Source: a virus
Taxonomy: Duplodnaviria > Caudoviricetes
Length of the DNA: 25,702 bases
IMG/VR virus record: IMGVR_UViG_3300030613_000030
Span: 1-25,702 of that record
Strand: one strand, 5' to 3'
Shown: positions 1-6,109 of the stretch, in pieces
How the letters are laid out: each line of letters opens with the position of its first letter
Numbering within the stretch: position 1 is the stretch's first letter
Notes under the pieces: model-generated
Database searches by the model: none
The model's input: only the letters and a program-made list of their open reading frames with translations
What the model was told of the DNA's origin: nothing
Program-made: the position numbers and the translations under genes

Positions 1-408
1 GAGCGACAGGACTGGCTCGTCTGGCTGGTCCACGCAGTTGGCGGCCCGGCGTTGGCCGAGTACCTGCGCGTCCGAGACCTGGCCGAGGCCGAGTACAACC
101 GCGTCCAGGGCCCGGCTGAGGCCGAGTACCAGCGCACCAAGGGCCTGGCGTGGGCCAAGTACCTGCGCGTCCGAGACCTGGCCGAGGCCGAGTACGAGCG
201 CGTCAAGGGCCCGGCGTTGGCCGAGTACGAGCGCACCAGGGGCCCGGCTCTGGCCGAGTACTACCGCGTCACGGGCCCGGCGTGGGCCGAGTACTACCGC
301 GTCGCGGACCTGGCGAGGGCCGAGTATGAGCGCGTCCAGGGCCTGGCGGCCAAGAAGGCGCTGACTTGGAAGCGAGTCCTGAAGGCTATCCAGAAGAAGG
401 GAAACTAG
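1..408 (+). CDS. 11-residue (hendecad) tandem-repeat protein, 5' end outside the window
   Basis: Frame 1 is open from base 1 (ERQDWLVWLVHAVGGPAL...). It contains nine AEYxRVxGPAx units and stops at TAG 406-408. Confidence 0.85.
   Translation, partial: ERQDWLVWLVHAVGGPALAEYLRVRDLAEAEYNRVQGPAEAEYQRTKGLAWAKYLRVRDLAEAEYERVKGPALAEYERTRGPALAEYYRVTGPAWAEYYRVADLARAEYERVQGLAAKKALTWKRVLKAIQKKGN
55..351 (+). repeat. Coding tandem array of 9 x 33 bp (consensus GCCGAGTACnnnCGCGTCnnGGGCCCGGCGtnG)
   Basis: GCCGAGTA (once GCCAAGTA) recurs every 33 bp. Units 1 and 4 are near-identical. Confidence 0.95.
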
Positions 409-410
409 TT

Positions 411-1049
411 ATGTCGACCGCGTCCAATATCTGGACCAAGACCCCTTCGTTCGTTAAGTGGCTTCTACTGGTGGCCGTCCTTCTGGCCGCCGCCTTCGAG
501 GCTGGTCGATACTCGAAACCTGACGTGGTTACTGTCCGCACCGAAACTGTCGCGGTGCGCGACGAGGTCTATACTCAGCAGAAGATTGCCGAGTACGTCT
601 CCACACACAAGGACCTCTTCACAGTCACCAAGGTTATCGACCGCAAGGTCGCCGTGCCCTGTCCTACTCCTCCACCTCCTGCGGATGGCTGCAAGTCTCC
701 TTGCGCAACTGACTGCTCAAAGTGCTCCTACCAGATTATCGAAGAGCACGAAGTATACACAGAAAACCATGATTCAACTACTACCATCAACGAGCACACT
801 ACCACTAACACAACCGACGTCACGCACGAAGCTATTCACACCGCTACAACCGCCAGCACCATCAACAACGCTCAGCCAGACTGGCGCATTGGAGTTGGTG
901 CTCTAGTAAAACCCGACCTCAAGGTTGATTTTAGCAAGGCTCAAATCAGTGTGACCGTCGAGCGTCGACTGTTCTGGGGCTTCAGCGCTGGTGTCCAGGC
1001 CATCCCCCAGTCCAACTTGTACGGAGTCAGCATTTCCAGAGGGTTCTAA
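411..1049 (+). CDS. Membrane-anchored envelope protein with C-terminal amphipathic beta strands (spanin-like candidate)
   Basis: ATG 411 follows the upstream stop. N-terminal hydrophobic helix KWLLLVAVLLAAAF, then a Thr/Pro/Cys-rich middle, then alternating-hydrophobic strands ending YGVSISRGF. Function is inferred. Confidence 0.6.
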   Translation: MSTASNIWTKTPSFVKWLLLVAVLLAAAFEAGRYSKPDVVTVRTETVAVRDEVYTQQKIAEYVSTHKDLFTVTKVIDRKVAVPCPTPPPPADGCKSPCATDCSKCSYQIIEEHEVYTENHDSTTTINEHTTTNTTDVTHEAIHTATTASTINNAQPDWRIGVGALVKPDLKVDFSKAQISVTVERRLFWGFSAGVQAIPQSNLYGVSISRGF

Positions 1050-1050
1050 C

Positions 1051-1659
1051 ATGAAGACCTACCTAGGCAATGACGCACCGCTGCCGAACAACGACTGCAA
1101 GCCGCACGCTATCGACATCGTAGTGCACTTGGGTCGCGAGGGCCGCTTCGGTGGCTGGGGCGACAAGACGTGGACCGTGCTGCACCATTCGATGCTCACC
1201 TCGATGCTGTGGATGGCCGCCTACGGAACTCGCGGCATGCACTACGCCCTACTTCACGACGGGCATGAGTACCTCCTAGGGGACACACCGTCGCCAGTGA
1301 AGGCATTCCTAGGCAAGGTTGAGGTTAAGTCGTTTGAGGATATGCTCGACACTCGCATCCGCGCTCTGCTTGGTGGAATTCCTGCGCCCACCGAGAACGA
1401 GCGAGCCAAGGTGAAGTGCGTCGACCTGGCGGCTCTCATCATCGAGGCCTACTACTTCGGCACCAAGGAGACCTTCGAGCACATCGCGGATGTGGACTGG
1501 GGAATCAACCTAGCCAAGACCGAGGAGGAGCAGAATCACATCCGATACATCATCGGAAATCTCTGCCCCGAGGTTGTCGAGGAGATGAATAGACCGAAGA
1601 CGATGAACGACTTGTTGCTCAAGAACAGCGAAAGACACTTCCATCGGCTCTACGCATGA
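1051..1659 (+). CDS. HD-domain phosphohydrolase (YfbR-like 5'-deoxynucleotidase family)
   Basis: Motifs RFGG..W.V.HHS, ALLHDGHEYLLGD.PSPVK and CVDLAAL.IEA. ATG 1051 is preceded by GAGGG. Confidence 0.85.
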   Translation: MKTYLGNDAPLPNNDCKPHAIDIVVHLGREGRFGGWGDKTWTVLHHSMLTSMLWMAAYGTRGMHYALLHDGHEYLLGDTPSPVKAFLGKVEVKSFEDMLDTRIRALLGGIPAPTENERAKVKCVDLAALIIEAYYFGTKETFEHIADVDWGINLAKTEEEQNHIRYIIGNLCPEVVEEMNRPKTMNDLLLKNSERHFHRLYA

Positions 1660-1696
1660 TCATCTTCCCTTGGCTGGGTGACGACGGAGACTGGAC

Positions 1697-1951
1697 ATGA
1701 CACGCACAGTCCTAACGACAAATTACGGCGAGGCCCACTTTCGACATACCGTCCGCATCGCAGCCGACTCGTCGCCTGAGGATGGCCAGCCAGGCTTCGT
1801 CGGGCTCGCTACCCTGGTTCAGACCTTGTCCCAGCAGATGGATTTAGTGCGGCACATTGGAGCCTGTCCGCAGTCGCTCCATTTCTTCTACGACAATGGC
1901 TCCTGGATTTTGGAGTCGACAACAATCATCCCGAGGCCGGTAGAGGCTTGA
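1697..1951 (+). CDS. Hypothetical protein, 84 aa
   Basis: GGAG RBS upstream of ATG 1697. It fills the gap in the + strand gene run. Confidence 0.7.
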   Translation: MTRTVLTTNYGEAHFRHTVRIAADSSPEDGQPGFVGLATLVQTLSQQMDLVRHIGACPQSLHFFYDNGSWILESTTIIPRPVEA

Positions 1952-1982
1952 CATCCAACCCGAATTAAGGTGCACTACAAAC
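1948..1982 (+). promoter_or_regulatory. Sigma70-type leaderless promoter
   Basis: TTGACA (1948-1953), 17 nt, TGCACT (1971-1976), 6 nt, ATG 1983, with no Shine-Dalgarno. Same geometry as the sites at 4917 and 8630. The -10 here is the weakest of the three. Confidence 0.7.
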
Positions 1983-3632
1983 ATGACCAAGACCAAGAGC
2001 AGCGAGAAGGTTACCAAGGAGAGTTTGCTGGCCGAGTATGAGCGCGTCGAGGGCCCGGCGTGGGCCGAGTACAAGCGCGTCCGGGACCCGGCGTTGGCCG
2101 AGTACAAGCGCGTCGAGGGCCCGGCGTGGGACGAGTACGAGCGCGTCGAAGGCCCGGCTCTGGCCGAGTATGAGCGCACCAAGGGCCTGGCATGGGCCGA
2201 GTACCAGCGCGTCACGGGCCTGGCGTTGGCTGAGTACGAGCGCATCACGAGCCCGGCGTTGGCTGAGTACGAGCGCATCAAGGGCCCGGCGTGGGACGAG
2301 TACAAGCGCGTCCAGGGCCCGGCGTTGGCCGAGTACAAGCGCAAGCTCGCCCTGCCGCTCGTGTCCGAGCCAGTGGCGGATTGCTCACGAAGAGGTGTGC
2401 ACATGAAATCCTACTCGATGGTTCGTGAGCGTCCCGCCGACTCCGACGACTTCGTGGTCGTTCCCGACCTCGGTGGCGGGCAACGTGGCACCGGCAACAT
2501 GATCATTCACGGCGAGAACTCGCTCGTTCTCGCTGGTATCGCTGAGAGACTCAGAGGGGCCGTTCGCTGCATCTACATTGATCCGCCCTACAACAATCAG
2601 GAGCGCTACTTCCACTACGATGATGCGCGGTCTCACGAGGAGTGGATTGCCGACCTCAAGAGCCGCCTTGAGCAGCTTGCCCCGCTTCTCAGGGGGGACG
2701 GAAGCATCTGGATCTCCATAGACGACAGAGAGGTCCATTACCTGAAGGTCGCTGCTGATCAGGTCTTCGGTCGCGAGAACTTCGTCACGACGGTCATCTG
2801 GCAGCAGCGCACCACCCGTGAGAACCGTAGGGCGTTCTCGAACAACCATGAATACCTGCTCGTGTACGCGCGGGATGTGAAGCAGTTTCGCGACTCTCGA
2901 AACCCGCTTCCCACGACGGCAGAAGTGCTGAGCCGCTACAAGAACCCGGACGGTGACCCGCGCGGGCCATGGCAATCGGTCTCAGCCAATGTGCAGGGGG
3001 GGCACGGAACCGCATCGCAGTTCTACGTCCTTGTCGCGCCTAACGGCCGCAGGCACGAGCCGCCGAGGGGCCGATGCTGGATCTACACCGAGGAGCGGAT
3101 GAGCCGAGAGGTCCGCGAGAACAGGGTGTGGTTCGGTCGCGATGGCAATGGCGCTCCTAGGCTGAAGCGTTTCTTGACCGGCGCCGCTGGACTCACACCC
3201 GAGACTCTCTGGTTCGCGTCCGATGTGGGCACGAACGACTCAGCGAAGAAGCACCTCCTGAACCTGTTCCCCGACGCCGCGGTGTTCGAGACACCGAAAC
3301 CGGAGAACCTCATAGCTCGGGTTCTCCAGATAGCGACGAACGAGGGCGACTTGGTCCTCGACGCCTATCTTGGATCCGGCACCACGGCCGCAGTCGCGCA
3401 CAAGATGGGTCGGCGGTACGTCGGTATCGAGAGCGGCGCGCACGCCGTCACGCACTGTGCGACGCGGTTGCGCGCCGTCGTGAGCGGTGAGGCGGGAGGG
3501 ATCTCGGCGGCGGTCGGGTGGGTGGGTGGGCGCGGCTTCGACTTCTATCGAGTCGGCGAGCCCGTCCGCCTGAAGGCTGTGCCTGGGAGTGGCTTGCGTG
3601 GCCGTCACGGACGGCGCTCGACGCGACGCTAG
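1983..3632 (+). CDS. Fusion of hendecad-repeat protein (N-terminal ~124 aa) and beta-class amino (N6-A/N4-C) DNA methyltransferase
   Basis: Single open frame with 9.5 AEYxRVxGPA repeats followed by MTase motifs IYIDPPYN and VLDAYLGSGTTAAVAHKMGRRYVGIE. The fusion was created by the insertion at 2349-2355. Confidence 0.85.
   Translation: MTKTKSSEKVTKESLLAEYERVEGPAWAEYKRVRDPALAEYKRVEGPAWDEYERVEGPALAEYERTKGLAWAEYQRVTGLALAEYERITSPALAEYERIKGPAWDEYKRVQGPALAEYKRKLALPLVSEPVADCSRRGVHMKSYSMVRERPADSDDFVVVPDLGGGQRGTGNMIIHGENSLVLAGIAERLRGAVRCIYIDPPYNNQERYFHYDDARSHEEWIADLKSRLEQLAPLLRGDGSIWISIDDREVHYLKVAADQVFGRENFVTTVIWQQRTTRENRRAFSNNHEYLLVYARDVKQFRDSRNPLPTTAEVLSRYKNPDGDPRGPWQSVSANVQGGHGTASQFYVLVAPNGRRHEPPRGRCWIYTEERMSREVRENRVWFGRDGNGAPRLKRFLTGAAGLTPETLWFASDVGTNDSAKKHLLNLFPDAAVFETPKPENLIARVLQIATNEGDLVLDAYLGSGTTAAVAHKMGRRYVGIESGAHAVTHCATRLRAVVSGEAGGISAAVGWVGGRGFDFYRVGEPVRLKAVPGSGLRGRHGRRSTRR
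2031..2342 (+). repeat. Second coding tandem array, 9 full plus one partial 33-bp unit, same family as 55-351
   Basis: GCCGAGTA/GCTGAGTA/GACGAGTA recurs every 33 bp from 2031. The partial unit is at 2328-2342. Confidence 0.95.
2349..2355 (+). repeat. Left copy of 7-bp direct repeat GCCCTGC
   Basis: Read directly. It lies just after the last repeat unit, in frame as GCC CTG C. Confidence 0.75.
2403..3632 (+). CDS. Site-specific DNA methyltransferase, beta class (type III Mod-like architecture), native start
   Basis: GAGGTG RBS then ATG 2403, in frame with 1983. Motif order is DPPY (IV), target-recognition region, TPKPE, then the YLGSG SAM-binding motif (I). Confidence 0.85.
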   Translation: MKSYSMVRERPADSDDFVVVPDLGGGQRGTGNMIIHGENSLVLAGIAERLRGAVRCIYIDPPYNNQERYFHYDDARSHEEWIADLKSRLEQLAPLLRGDGSIWISIDDREVHYLKVAADQVFGRENFVTTVIWQQRTTRENRRAFSNNHEYLLVYARDVKQFRDSRNPLPTTAEVLSRYKNPDGDPRGPWQSVSANVQGGHGTASQFYVLVAPNGRRHEPPRGRCWIYTEERMSREVRENRVWFGRDGNGAPRLKRFLTGAAGLTPETLWFASDVGTNDSAKKHLLNLFPDAAVFETPKPENLIARVLQIATNEGDLVLDAYLGSGTTAAVAHKMGRRYVGIESGAHAVTHCATRLRAVVSGEAGGISAAVGWVGGRGFDFYRVGEPVRLKAVPGSGLRGRHGRRSTRR

Positions 3633-3652
3633 CCGCATGTCGGGACAGTCTC

Positions 3653-4405
3653 ATGGCGCGGCGGAGGACCCCAGTCGGCGCGCGGGCGCGGGTACTCATC
3701 GACGGCGAGTTCGGCCTCCTGGTGGGCGCCGTGCTCGAGGAGTTCGAGCGCAAGACGCACCTGGTCGAGTGGAAGTACGACCCGCGCTTCCGCACGGTGG
3801 AGGCATGGGACTTCGGCTTCCGCCGCCCGGCCGTCCTCTGGGCGCAGCACCTGCCGGAGGGGACGTCCATCCCGGGGCGCGGAGCCGCTCCTCGCGGCGG
3901 CGCCTACGTCCTCTTCGACGAGCTCGTCCGCGACAACGTCACCACCGAGGTGGCGGCGCTGGAAGCGAAGCAGCGCGGCTACCGGGTTGAAAGGATCTAC
4001 TGCGACCCGGCCGGCGACGGGACGCAGTCGGCGAACGGGCTGTCGGACGTCTCGGTGCTGAAGAGCACGCGGTGCGGCGCAGGTGGCCCGCAGGTCCGGT
4101 TCACGACGGAGCCTCGGCTCCGCCACATCCCGTTTGGCGTCTCGCTCCTTCGCGGGATGCTGCGCAACGCCCTCGGCGAGACGCGGCTGTGGGTGGCGAA
4201 GTCGCTCGACAAGCCGAAGCAGGCGCGCGGGGTCGTCAAGGACTTCGAGGGCTACGCCTATCCCGAGGCCAAGGACGGCCGGCCGGTGGGCGACGTGCCG
4301 CTCAAGGACGGCCTGCACGATCACGTCGTAGACGCCTGTCGCTACTTCGCCATCGGCGAGCACGTCGCGACCGGCCAGCTCGTCGAGTCGCACCAGGTCC
4401 GCTGA
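3653..4405 (+). pseudogene. terL: 5'-truncated phage terminase large subunit: C-terminal RNase H-like nuclease domain only, still an open 250-aa frame
   Basis: Linker VLIDGEFG..GAV.EEF followed by AWDFGF, LFDE, IYCDPAG and KDGLHDHVVDACRY motifs typical of TerL nuclease domains. There is no Walker A/B ATPase region upstream. Confidence 0.8.
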
Positions 4406-4413
4406 GAGGTCCC

Positions 4414-4791
4414 ATGGCCCAGGTCTCCGCAGCGCCCATCGACATGGCGGCGGCCGCGGCACTCGATCGCCTGTGGGCCCAGGCCGAGGAGGCCGACCTC
4501 GAGAGCTTCCCGGTGGTCCTGCTCGACCTGCCGGCGCACGTCGCCCTGAGGCTCGACGTCCGGCGGGTGAGCCGGGTCATGTTCCGGGTCGTCGCCGGGC
4601 TGCGGCCGCGCGGTCTGCCGCTCTGGTGGGTGCGGGAGAAGTTCCAGGCCATGGGCCTGCCGGTGCCGATCGCCGAGGCCATCGAGCGCCACTTCTCGCA
4701 CCACAGGCTCTGCCGCCTCAGCGGCGGCGAGTTCCGCGCCATCGTCGCCCCAGGCGACTGGACCCGCCTAGCCGCGGAGAAGGCCTCCTGA
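4414..4791 (+). CDS. Hypothetical protein, 125 aa (gene that followed terL in the donor)
   Basis: GAGAGGT RBS and ATG 4414. Strong GC3 codon pattern like the terL fragment. Confidence 0.7.
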   Translation: MAQVSAAPIDMAAAAALDRLWAQAEEADLESFPVVLLDLPAHVALRLDVRRVSRVMFRVVAGLRPRGLPLWWVREKFQAMGLPVPIAEAIERHFSHHRLCRLSGGEFRAIVAPGDWTRLAAEKAS

Positions 4792-4913
4792 TGACGCCGT
4801 TCAACTTCACCGGCGGAAAGGAAGCCGCCGCGGGGGAGACTGACGGTGCGCGAGGTCCTCGTACCCCGCCAGGCGGCATCGGCCAGTTCGTTCCTGCCCT
4901 GCTCGACGAGTAG
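4791..4913 (+). pseudogene. Chimeric 40-aa remnant: start of a donor gene (possibly portal) ending in the displaced ALLDE-stop of the repeat gene
   Basis: TGATG coupling at 4789-4793 and an in-frame GCC CTG CTC GAC GAG TAG end. Portal identity is inferred only from its position after terL. Confidence 0.45.
4896..4902 (+). repeat. Right copy of 7-bp direct repeat GCCCTGC
   Basis: Read directly. It is followed by TC GAC GAG TAG and then the next promoter. Confidence 0.75.
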
Positions 4914-4916
4914 GAC

Positions 4917-4951
4917 TTGACATCCTCCCATAGCTCTGGTACACTGTTTAT
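4917..4951 (+). promoter_or_regulatory. Sigma70-type leaderless promoter
   Basis: TTGACA (4917-4922), 17 nt, TG-g-TACACT (4940-4945), 6 nt, ATG 4952. Confidence 0.85.
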
Positions 4952-5224
4952 ATGACCCGAGTCAACATCCGCGCCATCTTGGCAGACCCAGACATACGCA
5001 GGAGACTCATGGCCGACTCAGTTATTGCCCTCCAGGCTCGCGAAGAGGTCATGACGACCCAGGTGCAGGCCGAGGCTGCCTACGACAAGGTTCGAGCAGA
5101 GCGTCTGCTGTTGACCTCCAAGTCGAAGAAGAAGGCGCTCGTCCCCGGCGTCGAGGCGGTGGTCGAGTACGCCACCGAGGACAACTCCGGCGGCGAGAGG
5201 CCTATCTCCCTGGTGAAGTCGTGA
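4952..5224 (+). CDS. Hypothetical helical protein, 90 aa
   Basis: ATG directly at the predicted transcription start. The stop overlaps the next GTG (GTGA). Confidence 0.8.
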   Translation: MTRVNIRAILADPDIRRRLMADSVIALQAREEVMTTQVQAEAAYDKVRAERLLLTSKSKKKALVPGVEAVVEYATEDNSGGERPISLVKS

Positions 5225-5310
5225 CCCGCCGCGAAATCGTCCGAGGCTGTCTCTTCCACCTCGCCCTCTTTCTAGCCATTGTTCTCGGCCTTCTTTCCAG
5301 GTCCCTGTGA
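5221..5310 (+). CDS. 29-aa single-pass membrane peptide (not in ORF track)
   Basis: MTRREIVRGCLFHLALFLAIVLGLLSRSL. GTGA overlaps at both ends (5221-5224 and 5307-5310). Confidence 0.7.
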   Translation: MTRREIVRGCLFHLALFLAIVLGLLSRSL

Positions 5311-5657
5311 CCAACCATCTCGTAGCCAGGCTTGCTGCCAAGTCACAGCACAAGAACCATCAGCACGTGGCTATCGTCACCCGCGGCGGGGCTGTGGTGT
5401 CGGTGGGCTACAATGGCGGTCCCAATGGATGCGTACATGCTGAGGCTATGGCCTTGGGGAAGCTCTGGCCATCAGAGCGAGTCGGCACCAAGCTGCACTC
5501 CATCAGGCTCATGAAGAGCGGCAGGATGGGGCTGGCCAAGCCGTGCCCCGAGTGCCAGAAGCTCATCGAGGAGAGCGGCGTCAAGGCGGTCTTCTACTCA
5601 GACAATTGCGGCAACATGGTCCACATCAAAGTGGCGCGCAAGCAGGGTTCGTGCTAG
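5307..5657 (+). CDS. Zn-dependent cytidine/dCMP deaminase-fold protein
   Basis: VSVGYN, HAE and KPCPEC motifs, and C-terminal GVKAVFYS. Confidence 0.85.
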   Translation: MTNHLVARLAAKSQHKNHQHVAIVTRGGAVVSVGYNGGPNGCVHAEAMALGKLWPSERVGTKLHSIRLMKSGRMGLAKPCPECQKLIEESGVKAVFYSDNCGNMVHIKVARKQGSC

Positions 5658-5663
5658 TATAAT
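5632..5663 (+). promoter_or_regulatory. Extended -10 promoter candidate
   Basis: CGTGCTAGTATAATG at 5650-5664 (TGnTAGTAT overlapping TATAAT) upstream of AGGAG and ATG 5700. A 14/15 match occurs at 6985-6999. Confidence 0.6.
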
Positions 5664-5699
5664 GGTAGCGAGATTTCAACCCGAACCAGGAGAAGAATC

Positions 5700-5948
5700 A
5701 TGAAGACCAAGTGGCCGCACGAGTCGAAGGGACAGAACAAGCATAACGCAGGTGTGCACTTCGAGTATACGGTCCACCAGGACCTCCGCGCTCAGCGTCA
5801 GGCTGAGGCGAAGATTCGTCAGGAGGTCACTGCGGCTGAGCCGGTCGCGCAGCGGCTAGCTCGCCTGGACCGGATTCTCGGTGCCGGCGTCGGTGCCAAG
5901 AAGGAGCGAGCCCGGCTCGCTAAGATGGTTGTTGCGGTGACGCCGTGA
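5700..5948 (+). CDS. Hypothetical basic protein, 82 aa
   Basis: AGGAG RBS. Basic helical C-terminus QRLARLDRILGAGVGAKKERARL. Confidence 0.8.
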   Translation: MKTKWPHESKGQNKHNAGVHFEYTVHQDLRAQRQAEAKIRQEVTAAEPVAQRLARLDRILGAGVGAKKERARLAKMVVAVTP

Positions 5949-6109
5949 ACTACTCCCTCTCCGTCTTCATGGGCCTGCTGGCGCTCGCCAACATGTCGGT
6001 GGTCTTTAGTGACGAGCCGAGCGAGCGATACAACCATGTCGCCGCTAGGATTGCTCACTTCCTCGGCGCCGCCCTCTTCGCTCTAGCCGCCTACCAGCTT
6101 TGGCCGTGA
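5945..6109 (+). CDS. 54-aa two-helix membrane protein (not in ORF track)
   Basis: MNYSLSVFMGLLALANMSVVFSDEPSERYNHVAARIAHFLGAALFALAAYQLWP. GTGA overlaps at 5945-5948 and 6106-6109. Confidence 0.7.
   Translation: MNYSLSVFMGLLALANMSVVFSDEPSERYNHVAARIAHFLGAALFALAAYQLWP

Larger units (their letters stand above)
2349..4902. mobile_element. Foreign 2547-bp insert bounded by 7-bp direct repeat GCCCTGC, with no recombinase or terminal inverted repeats
   Basis: GCCCTGC lies at 2349-2355 and 4896-4902. Excision gives ...AAG CTC GCC CTG CTC GAC GAG TAG. GATC is frequent inside and almost absent outside, and 3630-4830 is visibly more GC-rich. Confidence 0.75.

Noticed and set aside
55-2342. 33-bp periodic repeats as CRISPR arrays
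   Set aside because: Units abut with no unique spacers, keep a reading frame, vary at codon level, and no cas genes are present.
55-2342. The two arrays as a DGR template/variable repeat pair
   Set aside because: No reverse transcriptase in the window, differences are not confined to adenines of one copy, and both arrays are coding.
1844-2404. 186-aa antisense ORF and alternative-frame ORFs 38-364 and 2038-2406
   Set aside because: They are shadows of the stop-free repeat. Only the last ~17 codons of 2038-2406 are considered meaningful (donor gene end).
3518-3652. Longer 295-aa start for the terminase-like ORF
   Set aside because: It overlaps the MTase C-terminus by 115 bp and has no terminase-like sequence. 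ATG 3653 is more plausible.
2349-4902. Insert as an IS, MITE, integron cassette or intron
   Set aside because: No transposase, integrase or maturase. The ends (CGCTCGTGTC... and ...GTTCGTTCCT) are not inverted repeats, and there is no attC-like or splice-structure signature.
3240-4931. Multiple long overlapping ORFs on both strands
   Set aside because: Expected from stop-codon scarcity in very GC-rich DNA. They are Arg/Pro/Ala-rich with no motifs.
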